Positions 9,517 through 18,025 of a stretch of 57,530 nucleotides of DNA are shown in pieces. A program made the position numbers and the translations under genes. The notes beneath the pieces are model-generated. The model saw nothing but the letters and a program-made list of their open reading frames with translations, was not told the DNA's origin and made no database searches. The stretch's first letter is position 1; each line of letters begins with the position of its first letter. Source of the stretch: Akkermansia sp. (lineage in GTDB: Bacteria; Verrucomicrobiota; Verrucomicrobiia; Verrucomicrobiales; Akkermansiaceae); assembly GCA_017390945.1 (NCBI GenBank), contig JAFOZZ010000199.1, positions 1-57,530 of the forward strand. Direction: 5' to 3'.

Positions 9517-10059
9517 ATGAAGTCGATATTGGTACTGATGGCTCCCGGCTTTGAGGAGATTGAGCTGACTGCTCCCGTGGATATTTTGCGCCGTTTGGGG
9601 GTAAAGGTTGTATTGGCAGGTGTACAGGGACGCCGTGTTGAGGGCGCCCATGGCCTGACGATGCAGGCCGACATGCTGCTGGTGGATGTACAGCCGGAGG
9701 AGTACGATGGTGTGGTGCTGCCGGGTGGTGCCGCCAGCTGGCTGCTGCGCGATACTCCGGCCGTGCTCAAATTGGTGCGCGCGATGCATGCAGCCGGTAA
9801 ACTGGTGGCTGCTATTTGTGCGGCTCCTATTGCTCTCGAAGCCGCAGGCGTGCTCCGCGGGCGCAATATCACCTGCTACCCCGCAGAGGCTGTGACTACC
9901 GATATTAAGAGCGCGGCTTCCATCGCTGAGGCTCCCTCCGTGACCGATGGCAACATTGTGACGGGCCGTGGTCCCGGTGCCGCCCTCGAGTTCGGCTTTG
10001 CTCTCGGTGCCTACCTGGGCTTGGATGTCGCCGCCCTCCGCAAGGAGATGTGCGCCTGA
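9517..10059 (+). CDS. DJ-1/PfpI (YajL/ThiJ) family protein
   Basis: GFEEIE, LPGG, AAICAAP (catalytic Cys) and VTGRGPG motifs; ATG 9517 is 7 nt after TATAGT, with TTGAGA 17 nt further upstream. Confidence 0.93.
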   Translation: MKSILVLMAPGFEEIELTAPVDILRRLGVKVVLAGVQGRRVEGAHGLTMQADMLLVDVQPEEYDGVVLPGGAASWLLRDTPAVLKLVRAMHAAGKLVAAICAAPIALEAAGVLRGRNITCYPAEAVTTDIKSAASIAEAPSVTDGNIVTGRGPGAALEFGFALGAYLGLDVAALRKEMCA

Positions 10060-10084
10060 AAAGACCAGGAATGAGATTTTTTGG

Positions 10085-10292
10085 AAGTACGAGGGACGAA
10101 TTCCGAGGGACGAATTTTTAGGTTAGGCGCTTCAGGCGCATGGTGGGGCGTAGCCGTGCAAGGGCACGTGCTCCGTGCTTTAAAACGCGGGCCTGCCTGC
10201 CGGCAGGCAGGCGTTAAGTTAGGAACTAGCTTCGCTAATCTCTTTCGGCGTAAGCTGGCTAGTTAGCACTTCGTCCTTCGTCCCTCGTACTT
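10085..10292. mobile_element. MITE-like non-coding element, copy 1, with perfect 16-bp terminal inverted repeats
   Basis: AAGTACGAGGGACGAA (10085-10100) / TTCGTCCCTCGTACTT (10277-10292); internal perfect palindrome GCCTGCCTGCCGGCAGGCAGGC (10191-10212); homologous inverted copy at 38060-38271. Confidence 0.75.
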
Positions 10293-10307
10293 TTACGACG
10301 TTCCGTT

Positions 10308-10817
10308 TTATCGCTTCTTGGCTTTCTTCTTTTTCTCGCTGGGGGCGGGTTTGGACTCATCTTCCTCGGCCATGTTGGGGGAGGTGAACTCAATCAAATC
10401 GGCGGTGATACGGAGTTTCGGGCGACCGAATATAACGGCGTTGAAGCCGCCGACCTCTTTGCGGAGGTTTATCAGCTGGGTGGAGCGGCCGGTGACATCG
10501 TAGCCTATTTTCTTGTAGAGTTCATCCAGCGCTTGGGATTCGGACGGGCGAACCAGCGTGATAGCGCTGGGGACATCCTCGGCGGTTACGCCGGGTATGA
10601 GAGTTATCAGGCTGGTGAAGGGTTGTATGCCGGGGAAGAGGGAGAAGCCCTTGGCCTCACCCGAAATGCGAGTGGATACGACCTTGAAATTCTTACGCGA
10701 CAATATCACTTTGGCCTCCGGCACCGTTTCCGTGGCAGAGGGCGACATTTCATGGCAGGACGGCAGCAGGGCAAGGCAGGCAGCACCGATGGACAGGAGG
10801 ATGGAAGCGTGTTTCAT
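10308..10817 (-). CDS. Small lipoprotein (resembles DUF6567-type proteins), tandem paralogue B
   Basis: Lipobox LLPSC; clear similarity to 10839-11276 (KV.L...N..V..TR.SGE, TQLIN.RKEVGG.NA.I.GRPK.R.TADLIEFT); Lys-rich tail. Confidence 0.75.
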   Translation of the reverse strand: MKHASILLSIGAACLALLPSCHEMSPSATETVPEAKVILSRKNFKVVSTRISGEAKGFSLFPGIQPFTSLITLIPGVTAEDVPSAITLVRPSESQALDELYKKIGYDVTGRSTQLINLRKEVGGFNAVIFGRPKLRITADLIEFTSPNMAEEDESKPAPSEKKKKAKKR

Positions 10818-10838
10818 GGCGTCAGTGGGTGCTGTAAA

Positions 10839-11276
10839 TTAGTGGGTGAACTCAATCAAATCAGCCGTCACTCGTACTTTCGGGCGGCCGTAGATAATGG
10901 CATTGTAGCCACCGACTTCCTTGCGGATATTGATAAGCTGAGTGGCGCGTCCCGGGGTGTTGGCGCCGGATTTCTGGTACAATTCGTCCAGCGCCTTGGC
11001 CTCCGATGCGGAGGTAATCGTGATGCCCGAGGGCACGTGCGAGGCGTCCACACCTGGGTAAAGCGTGGCAAGCATGGGCACGATGGACAGGCAAGGCAGC
11101 AGCGTGAACCCTGAATCCTCGCCCGAAACTCGCGTGGCCAGTACGCGATAATTGTTCTCCTTGAGCTCCACCTTGGCTTTGGGGATGGTTTCTGTGCTGC
11201 TGGGCGATATTTGGGTGCAGCTTGCAAGCGCGGCGAGAAGTGCTGCGAAAGTGGTCAGTCGGAGGGTGCGTTTCAT
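10839..11276 (-). CDS. Small lipoprotein (resembles DUF6567-type proteins), tandem paralogue A
   Basis: MKRTLRL...LAALASC lipobox; paralogue of 10308-10817. Confidence 0.75.
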   Translation of the reverse strand: MKRTLRLTTFAALLAALASCTQISPSSTETIPKAKVELKENNYRVLATRVSGEDSGFTLLPCLSIVPMLATLYPGVDASHVPSGITITSASEAKALDELYQKSGANTPGRATQLINIRKEVGGYNAIIYGRPKVRVTADLIEFTH

Positions 11277-11404
11277 AGTTTGGCGAGTGGTGTGAGGAGA
11301 GTACAAGGTTTCGTATCAGAATTATCTAATTATTAGCAGAACGGCGCCGAGAAGTCAAGGGAACTTCCTCAAAAAGCATGAATCATCTTAAAGGAAAGGA
11401 AGGG

Positions 11405-11777
11405 GGAATGTTTAATGTTTAATGTTTAAAGTTTAAAGTGGGAGGCTTGGCTTCGCTGCGCTTCGCGGTGAATTTTGCCCTGGCCGGCAAGAGAAATTCA
11501 CGCAATAGCGTGAGTAAAATTGTCTGCTGCACGGACTGTAGGGATGTTCGGCGGGCGGAAGCCCGCGGAATTTGAGAGTCCCTGAGGGACGACAGCCAAT
11601 AGCGCGGGGTGAAGCCGCGATAGCGGCGAAACCCCGGGTGGGCTAAAAAAACAATTCGAGCCCGGGCGGCATCGCGAATGCGATGTCGTGTAGGGCGGCA
11701 GATGATGGCGTAGGGCGTTAGCCCGGAGCCGGGATGGTCGTTTAAGCCTTGGTGGTAAAAGTGAATTTTGCCCTGGC
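11405..11777. repeat. Intergenic cluster of REP-like hairpins bounded by a 17-bp direct repeat
   Basis: GTGAATTTTGCCCTGGC at 11468-11484 and 11761-11777; internal hairpins GTCCCTGAGGGAC, GGGGTGAAGCCGCGATAGCGGCGAAACCCC and CATCGCGAATGCGATG; heptamer run (AATGTTT)n at about 11407-11437. Confidence 0.6.
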
Positions 11778-11897
11778 TTATAAAATGAGCTTGCAAAGCG
11801 GGGTAAGAATGTTAATATGAGTGCATAAGCTCCATGTAACGGATTTTTTTCGTGTTTCTGCCGGTGGCAGGTATTAATATAAAAGGAGAGTACAGAT

Positions 11898-14800
11898 ATG
11901 ACCAAGTTTACACAAGCAATCATAGCTACCATGATGCTGCCGGGCGTGACGCTGGCAGATGCTGTTCACCACTCGTATGATGGGCGCCAGGTGGTGATAA
12001 AGTTTGATGAGCCGGTGGTGCCGCTGAGTGTTGTGCAGAATGCCGGCAATGACAAGGCCAGTGAGCAGGAGCGTGGCCTGCACTTGTTTGACCTGACAGG
12101 GTGCGATGCTCAGTTCCTGCCCGAGGCTCGCTGGCTGGACCAGGACCGCTTGCAGCTGCGCTTCCGCAAGGGATTCGATGGCAGCACGGTATTCCGGGTG
12201 GCATTCCGCCCGGGGGCAGACAAGTACCTGAGCGGAGCGAAGATGCCCAAGGCAGTGTTTGAGTATAGCTACAAGCCGCAGGAGCCGGACTCGATGGAGG
12301 TGAATGGCGGTTTGCCCACGGCTGCGACCTGTGTGTATGTGCAGCAGCCGCTTACGAAGGCTCAGCTGGAGTTTTCGCCCAGTTCGCCGGTGAGCTATGT
12401 CTTCCGTGAGGTGGTTAATCCCAGGATGAATCGCCACCAGTCTGAGCGCTATGGCCGTACAGTGCAGGGCAAGGCGAGTGAGGCTCAGGTGCAGCATTTG
12501 GAGCCGCGCCGTGCCATGCAGATGCTCTTTGGCGACAAGAAGCCCACAGAACTGAAACGCTCCGAGCTGGAGAAGATTTCGCTCAACACTCCGGTGCCGG
12601 GTTGTGTGCTGGTGCAGGCTGCGGAGCCGCTGACGGGGCAAAAGGACTGGGAGCTGGTGGCCATCCCTGAGGAGCAGGGCTGTGATCTGGTAGAGGGTGT
12701 TTTCTCCGTGGAGAAGGCCGAGCCGCTGGGGATGATAGTGTGTTGTGACACGGACGAGAAGGGCGACAAGAGCGAGCTCCTGCTGCAGCTGGGCTTTAAT
12801 GCCCCGGTGCTGAAGAGTAGCGTGCCTCACGTGTTCCGCCAGCTCGAACTGAAGGTGGGCGATGCCGTCGCGGTGAATAGCGAGGACGGACAGAGCAAGA
12901 CGATCCCCCTGCCGGGTGGCAAGACGCTTACCTTTACCCTCCAGCCTGTGAAGCGTGAGCCGGTGCGCGTGGCGGGGCATCCGCTCTACAACCGCGATGG
13001 CTCTGTAGCCGGCGAGAAGGAATATAGCTACAATGCTCCGTATACCGAGGCGTTTGAGGTGGCTGTATCGGGCTCTGCCCAGTTGCCGCAGCTGCTCGAT
13101 GTGTGTCTGCCTGCCGGTGTGCAGGCTATGCTGGGTGCCAGCAATGCCGAGCCCCTGCGCATGCGCCTGAGCCTGGCGCCCGCTCTTCCCTGCCTGGGCA
13201 GTAGCAGCGGTAGCCTGGATGCCCCTGTTCTGGTGCCGCTGAAGGGCGAGCACAAGTTGCAGGTGAAGACTCGTAACACGGCGTCGTTGGAGGTACGCGC
13301 GGTGCGCCTGACGCCTGAGCAGTTCCTGGACAACGCAAAGCAGCTTGCCGATACCAAGATGAGAACAGCCGCTGAGCTGGCTGCCATTCAGTACAACCTG
13401 GCCTTGCTGAAAACCCGCCGTTCTATTGATGGCATGGAGGTGACCCAGCAGCAGATTCTGCAAAGTGAGAAAACGCTTCGCCGTATGTTATCTATGGCTG
13501 GTGCTGGTAAGCCCAGCCCGCTCAAGGGGGTGGAGTTCTCCGCTACCCAGAAGGTGCCTGTTGATGTTGCGGCTCAGGTGGGAATGGGCGAAGGCGTGGG
13601 AACGATTGACCTGGACGCGCTGTGCGGTGGTCAGGCTGCGCCGGGGTTCTATATTGTGTCTGTGACGAACATTCCGACGGAGGATGTATGCCAGCAGCTC
13701 AGAAGCATAGGCGCGAATCCGGCGCTCTACTCGTGGGAGCAATGGTATCCGGTGCTGCTGACCGACCTGTGCGTGGTGCAGGGTACAGGTGCTATAGCTG
13801 CTTACCACCTGAGTGATGGTTCCCCTGTACAGCAGGGGCAGGTGCTACAGGTTAACCGCGAACCGGTGGCTCTGCAACATGCCGTGGCTGTCATGCCCCG
13901 CGTGAAGCACGAGCGCAATCGCCGCAGCAGCCATTGGGTTGTGTTGCAGAGCGGTGAGGACTATCGCCCTGTGCTGTGGAATGACCGCTCCCCCCGCATG
14001 GAGAACGACAGCCGCATGGAGCTGGTGCGTGACCGCGGTATTTACCGCCCGGGTGATACCGTGCACATGCGCGGTGTGCTGCGTACAGTAAGCCCCCAGG
14101 GCGTGCCCTCCGTTCCCTCCGAGCGCCTCGTGCAGTTCAACGTCAATCGCCCGAATGGTACTCGTCTGCTTGAGAAGAAACTGCGTGTGAATGAATATGG
14201 CGCATTCTCGGTGGATTTCACACTGCCCGAGGGCGATGAGGATGTGACAGGTGAGTACCGCGTGATGGCGCTCAGTAATGACTTCCGCGCTTATTCATAT
14301 GTGAGCTGCCAGGTATTCCGACGCGATTCGTTCGAGGTGAAGAAAGAAGTGACGATGCAGAGCGTGCGTCCCTCGGAGTACACAGTGAAGGTAACTGCTA
14401 CCGACCTGAATGGCATGCCGCTGAGCGGTGGTAAGCTGAAGCTGAACACAGAGGTGATGCTGGGTAAGCCCACCAAGGGGGGCTCGCCGCAGGATAATCA
14501 TCAGTCCGAGACGCACCATCTGACCCTCGGGAAGGACGGCACTGCAACCTACACCGGCAAGTTGCCGGAGCTGGAGCCCGCCTCCGTGTACAATGTGCTG
14601 AGCGTGAGTGGTGAGGTGCGTAACGACCGCGAGGAGGTGCAGCGTCTTGCCGGTTCGTCGCAGTCGTTCTACCCGGCAGATTTCACAGGCCGCCTGAAGG
14701 AGCAGGATACACTCCTGCTCGATAAGGTGGTGAAGAGTGGCGAGCAGTCCAGCGTGCTCGACCGCGAGCAGACGGTGAATCTGCGCTTGCTCTCCTGGTT

Positions 14801-17800
14801 GCCGCGTGAAAATGAAATGTCCAACGGCATTGTGGTGAAGGACTACGTGCGCGTGCGCTTGTGGGAGGGCAATGTAACCGTGCCGGCGAATGCCGTCAAT
14901 GGCGTACCCACTGGCATGATGGAGCGCTGGAAGCAGTTTGCCGAAAGCGTGACTCGCAATGCTGAGAGCAGCCAGAACGCAATGCTGCGCAGCTTCTATC
15001 CGCCCATGATTGTGGAGATGACAGGGACGGACTCGGATGGTCGCAAGATTTTCCAGACGCTCAGCTCCTACACCCCGCGCAACTGGTGGAATGGTAGCTA
15101 TATGTCCAGCTCCCGTGCCACTGTGGAGAACGGCCAGGTGAAGGCTACCATCGTGTTCCCCCACGCCGGGCAGGCGCTGGTGGTGCTGCGCTCGGTGAAT
15201 GGTGTGCGTGTTCTTCCCCCGGTACAGGTGAAGGAGGGCGAGAATGTGCTGACACTGCCGCTGGCGGAGGGCGAGCTGGGCAATGTGCAGCTCAGTGTGC
15301 TGCTGCCTAAGCAGGAGGCTGGCTTGTACCAGCAGCTCAATACTGCCAACATGCAGGTCATGGTGCCGAATGCCGCCGCTACGCTCAAGGTGGAGCTGAA
15401 GCTGCCGCAGCAGGATGTGCGCCCCGGCGCTCGTGTGACTCTTGGCGGTAAGGTAAGTGGGGCGGATGGTAAGCCCGCAGCGGCTCAGGTCACTCTCTTT
15501 GCCGTGGATGCCGGTATGTTGTCCGTGGGCAAGCACAGTGTGCCGAACCTGCTGGAGGAGTTCACCCGCATTTGGGTGGAGGGCTATACCCCCCGCACTC
15601 TTTCCTTTACCAGCGCCGACCGCCTGCGTAACCTGTCCGCCCCGCGTTTGTTCGAGGGGGTATGGACTGGGCAGTGGCTCGATGCCCAGGGGCGTATTAT
15701 TAAGCGGCCCTCTTTCGGTGCACATCGCTATGGGATGACCCGCAATACGATGATGGCCATGGGCGGCGCTCGTGTGATGAGAAAGAACCACCTCGCCGTC
15801 TCTGCTGCCAGCGCCGGTGTCGATGCTGATATGATGATGGATGGCCCCGAGTTGGCTGTGGCCGAGGAATGTGCCGAGCCTATGAGCATGGAGGCCGGCT
15901 CTGCTAAATTGGCCGCACCGGTTCAGCGGGCAGCCTCGGCACCTTCTGACGATATGAGGACGGCGGGAACCGCAGGGGCTCCGCGCCTGCGTACCAACTT
16001 TGTGCCGGTGGCGGTGTGGTGCCCTGGGTTGAATGTGGATAGTAATGGCGACTTTACTACTGAGGTAACATTGCCGGATACTTTCACGACCTACAAGGTG
16101 TATGCTCTGGCACTGGGCAAGGATGGCAAGCGATTCGGCAATGCGGAAGGCGAGTTCCGTGTGAATCAGCCGGTGATGCTGACGCCCGGCACACCTTTCT
16201 TCATGAGCACAGGGGACCGCCTGCGCCTGCCGCTTACCATTACGAATGCGACCGACCAGGCTGGCGCATGGGTGGTGATGTTGGAGGGCGCACAGGGTGT
16301 GCAGCGCATTACCTTGCAGCCCAGGACAACCTCCACCCTGTATTTCGACTACACCGCAGTGGCTGAGGGTGAGCGCAAGCTCCGCTGGAAGGCGGTGTCG
16401 CCTGCCGGTAGTGATGCTGTGGAGGGCGAGTTCGCTGTGCGATTCCCCGCGCCTGTTCTGAAGGAGGCGCACCACCTGGTGCTGAACGAAGGGGGCAAGC
16501 CCTTGGCCGTGGCCGGTCTGCTGGCACCGGAGCTGGCAGGCTCCACCCGTGGTGAGTTGCAGGTACTTCTGTCGGCCAATCCTCTGCTGCACCTCTATGG
16601 CTGCATGGAGCTGGTGCAGAATCGCGCCTACCCCTGCACGCAGTACAGCGCGACATCGATGATGGTGTGGATGCTCTACGAGCGCCTGGCTCCCTTCAGC
16701 CCCATCATGGCACAGACCCCGCCCGCAGAGGCACGCAAGGCTGTGACCATGGGAATTGCGGAGCTGCTGAAGTGCCAGCGCGAGGATGGTGGTATATCCT
16801 ACTGGTGCGGCGCTCGCCAGAGCAGCCCCTGGGCATCGGCCTATGTGGGGCTGGTGCTCACCCTGGCACAGGAGCAGGGCTTCGAGGTATCTGCCGATGC
16901 CATGAAGCGCTTGCAGGACTACCTGCACAAGCAACTCGAGCTCTCCCGCAAGCCCAGGCCCGAGGTGACTTTCTCGCCCTTCGACCTCTATGCCATAGGG
17001 CGCACCATTGGCGACCGCAAGGTATCCGACGATGCGCTCGCAGTCGCGCTGAAGAGCGCCGAGAAGAACAGCGCCGAGGCTGCTATCTTTGCCCCGGTAC
17101 AGCAGGGGTGCTGCTGGTGGCGTACCAGCTACGCCGTGGCCAGCCTGCGATTCCTGGGCGAGATGAGCCGCGATAAGGAGGATATTCATGCCGATTTCCT
17201 GAAGTGGATGCGTGCCGTGGGGCACGACTACCGCCATGCTACGCACTGGGATGGCGGCTGGATGCTCATTGCCCTGCATGAGTACCTGCGCCGCACCCCC
17301 GGCAGCAATGCTGAGGCAACGGTCACGTTGCAGGATGGTCAGCGCCTGACATTGGGCCAGGGGATGACCACCATTGTACCTGCTGCTACTGCTACGCTGG
17401 GGCAGCTGCCCACCACCCTCACTCCCACCGCCGGTACGGCTTACGTGACGGTGCAGGCCAAGGCTCTGCCGGAGCAGACGGAGTACCCCGGCGTGACGGA
17501 GAAGGGCTTGCAGGTGACGCGCATTTATGAGAAGCGTGGCGAGGATGGCGTGTGGCGCGAGGCTCGCGAGTTCAACGTGGGCGATGTGGTGCGCGTGACT
17601 CTCACCTGTGCCAAGAGTGACCGCGAGCTGGAGTACTTCGTGCTGGAGGACTACCTGCCTGCCAGCATGGAGGCCATCAACCCGAATGTGCCCTCGCAGG
17701 CTGCCGGGCTGGAGTGGAGCCCCTGGAGCTACTGGTTCGACCACAAGGAATACCTGTCCTACCGCGTGCGCGGCTTCTGCACCCGCTGGGGTGGCCGCGA

Positions 17801-17933
17801 CCTTCTCAACATGAGCTACTACGCCCGCGTGAAGCGCGCCGGTACGGCCACCGCCCCGCCCGCCCAGGCCCAGCTCATGTACGAGCCGCAGACCTACGGT
17901 CTCTCGCCCAACGCGGTGATTATATCTCATTAA
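11898..17933 (+). CDS. Bacterial alpha-2-macroglobulin family protein 1 (thioester motif degenerate)
   Basis: 2011 aa, signal peptide, DRGIYRPGDTV (MG2), VTLFAVDAG, LRTNF...LPDTFTTY and LEDYLPASMEAIN motifs; AYPCTQY in place of PYGCxEQ. Confidence 0.92.
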   Translation: MTKFTQAIIATMMLPGVTLADAVHHSYDGRQVVIKFDEPVVPLSVVQNAGNDKASEQERGLHLFDLTGCDAQFLPEARWLDQDRLQLRFRKGFDGSTVFRVAFRPGADKYLSGAKMPKAVFEYSYKPQEPDSMEVNGGLPTAATCVYVQQPLTKAQLEFSPSSPVSYVFREVVNPRMNRHQSERYGRTVQGKASEAQVQHLEPRRAMQMLFGDKKPTELKRSELEKISLNTPVPGCVLVQAAEPLTGQKDWELVAIPEEQGCDLVEGVFSVEKAEPLGMIVCCDTDEKGDKSELLLQLGFNAPVLKSSVPHVFRQLELKVGDAVAVNSEDGQSKTIPLPGGKTLTFTLQPVKREPVRVAGHPLYNRDGSVAGEKEYSYNAPYTEAFEVAVSGSAQLPQLLDVCLPAGVQAMLGASNAEPLRMRLSLAPALPCLGSSSGSLDAPVLVPLKGEHKLQVKTRNTASLEVRAVRLTPEQFLDNAKQLADTKMRTAAELAAIQYNLALLKTRRSIDGMEVTQQQILQSEKTLRRMLSMAGAGKPSPLKGVEFSATQKVPVDVAAQVGMGEGVGTIDLDALCGGQAAPGFYIVSVTNIPTEDVCQQLRSIGANPALYSWEQWYPVLLTDLCVVQGTGAIAAYHLSDGSPVQQGQVLQVNREPVALQHAVAVMPRVKHERNRRSSHWVVLQSGEDYRPVLWNDRSPRMENDSRMELVRDRGIYRPGDTVHMRGVLRTVSPQGVPSVPSERLVQFNVNRPNGTRLLEKKLRVNEYGAFSVDFTLPEGDEDVTGEYRVMALSNDFRAYSYVSCQVFRRDSFEVKKEVTMQSVRPSEYTVKVTATDLNGMPLSGGKLKLNTEVMLGKPTKGGSPQDNHQSETHHLTLGKDGTATYTGKLPELEPASVYNVLSVSGEVRNDREEVQRLAGSSQSFYPADFTGRLKEQDTLLLDKVVKSGEQSSVLDREQTVNLRLLSWLPRENEMSNGIVVKDYVRVRLWEGNVTVPANAVNGVPTGMMERWKQFAESVTRNAESSQNAMLRSFYPPMIVEMTGTDSDGRKIFQTLSSYTPRNWWNGSYMSSSRATVENGQVKATIVFPHAGQALVVLRSVNGVRVLPPVQVKEGENVLTLPLAEGELGNVQLSVLLPKQEAGLYQQLNTANMQVMVPNAAATLKVELKLPQQDVRPGARVTLGGKVSGADGKPAAAQVTLFAVDAGMLSVGKHSVPNLLEEFTRIWVEGYTPRTLSFTSADRLRNLSAPRLFEGVWTGQWLDAQGRIIKRPSFGAHRYGMTRNTMMAMGGARVMRKNHLAVSAASAGVDADMMMDGPELAVAEECAEPMSMEAGSAKLAAPVQRAASAPSDDMRTAGTAGAPRLRTNFVPVAVWCPGLNVDSNGDFTTEVTLPDTFTTYKVYALALGKDGKRFGNAEGEFRVNQPVMLTPGTPFFMSTGDRLRLPLTITNATDQAGAWVVMLEGAQGVQRITLQPRTTSTLYFDYTAVAEGERKLRWKAVSPAGSDAVEGEFAVRFPAPVLKEAHHLVLNEGGKPLAVAGLLAPELAGSTRGELQVLLSANPLLHLYGCMELVQNRAYPCTQYSATSMMVWMLYERLAPFSPIMAQTPPAEARKAVTMGIAELLKCQREDGGISYWCGARQSSPWASAYVGLVLTLAQEQGFEVSADAMKRLQDYLHKQLELSRKPRPEVTFSPFDLYAIGRTIGDRKVSDDALAVALKSAEKNSAEAAIFAPVQQGCCWWRTSYAVASLRFLGEMSRDKEDIHADFLKWMRAVGHDYRHATHWDGGWMLIALHEYLRRTPGSNAEATVTLQDGQRLTLGQGMTTIVPAATATLGQLPTTLTPTAGTAYVTVQAKALPEQTEYPGVTEKGLQVTRIYEKRGEDGVWREAREFNVGDVVRVTLTCAKSDRELEYFVLEDYLPASMEAINPNVPSQAAGLEWSPWSYWFDHKEYLSYRVRGFCTRWGGRDLLNMSYYARVKRAGTATAPPAQAQLMYEPQTYGLSPNAVIISH

Positions 17934-17938
17934 CTTCA

Positions 17939-17966
17939 GTCCCCTCTCTCCGGAGAGGGGATTTTT
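17939..17966 (+). terminator. Rho-independent terminator
   Basis: TCCCCTCTC-TCCG-GAGAGGGGA followed by TTTTT. Confidence 0.75.
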
Positions 17967-18025
17967 AACTTAAAATTCATTTTCATAGATAAAAAACGTT
18001 TGAGTAACGCCTAAGAAGTAGAAAC

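Noticed and set aside
10081-10266. Small ORFs 10081-10266 and 38093-38275 sharing VLRALK...ACRQAGVK
   Set aside because: The similarity simply reflects the two copies of the MITE-like repeat; there is no evidence of coding function
11498-11932. Minus-strand ORFs in the lipoprotein-macroglobulin intergenic region
   Set aside because: They translate hairpin repeats and promoter DNA, with no protein-like features
14295-17930. 1211-aa minus-strand ORF, and similar long antisense ORFs such as 5991-7982, 29019-30662, 35431-36900, 48928-50727, 52214-53761 and 55884-57257
   Set aside because: These are antisense shadows of genes with strong GC3 codon bias; they show no recognisable motifs and fully overlap well-supported genes
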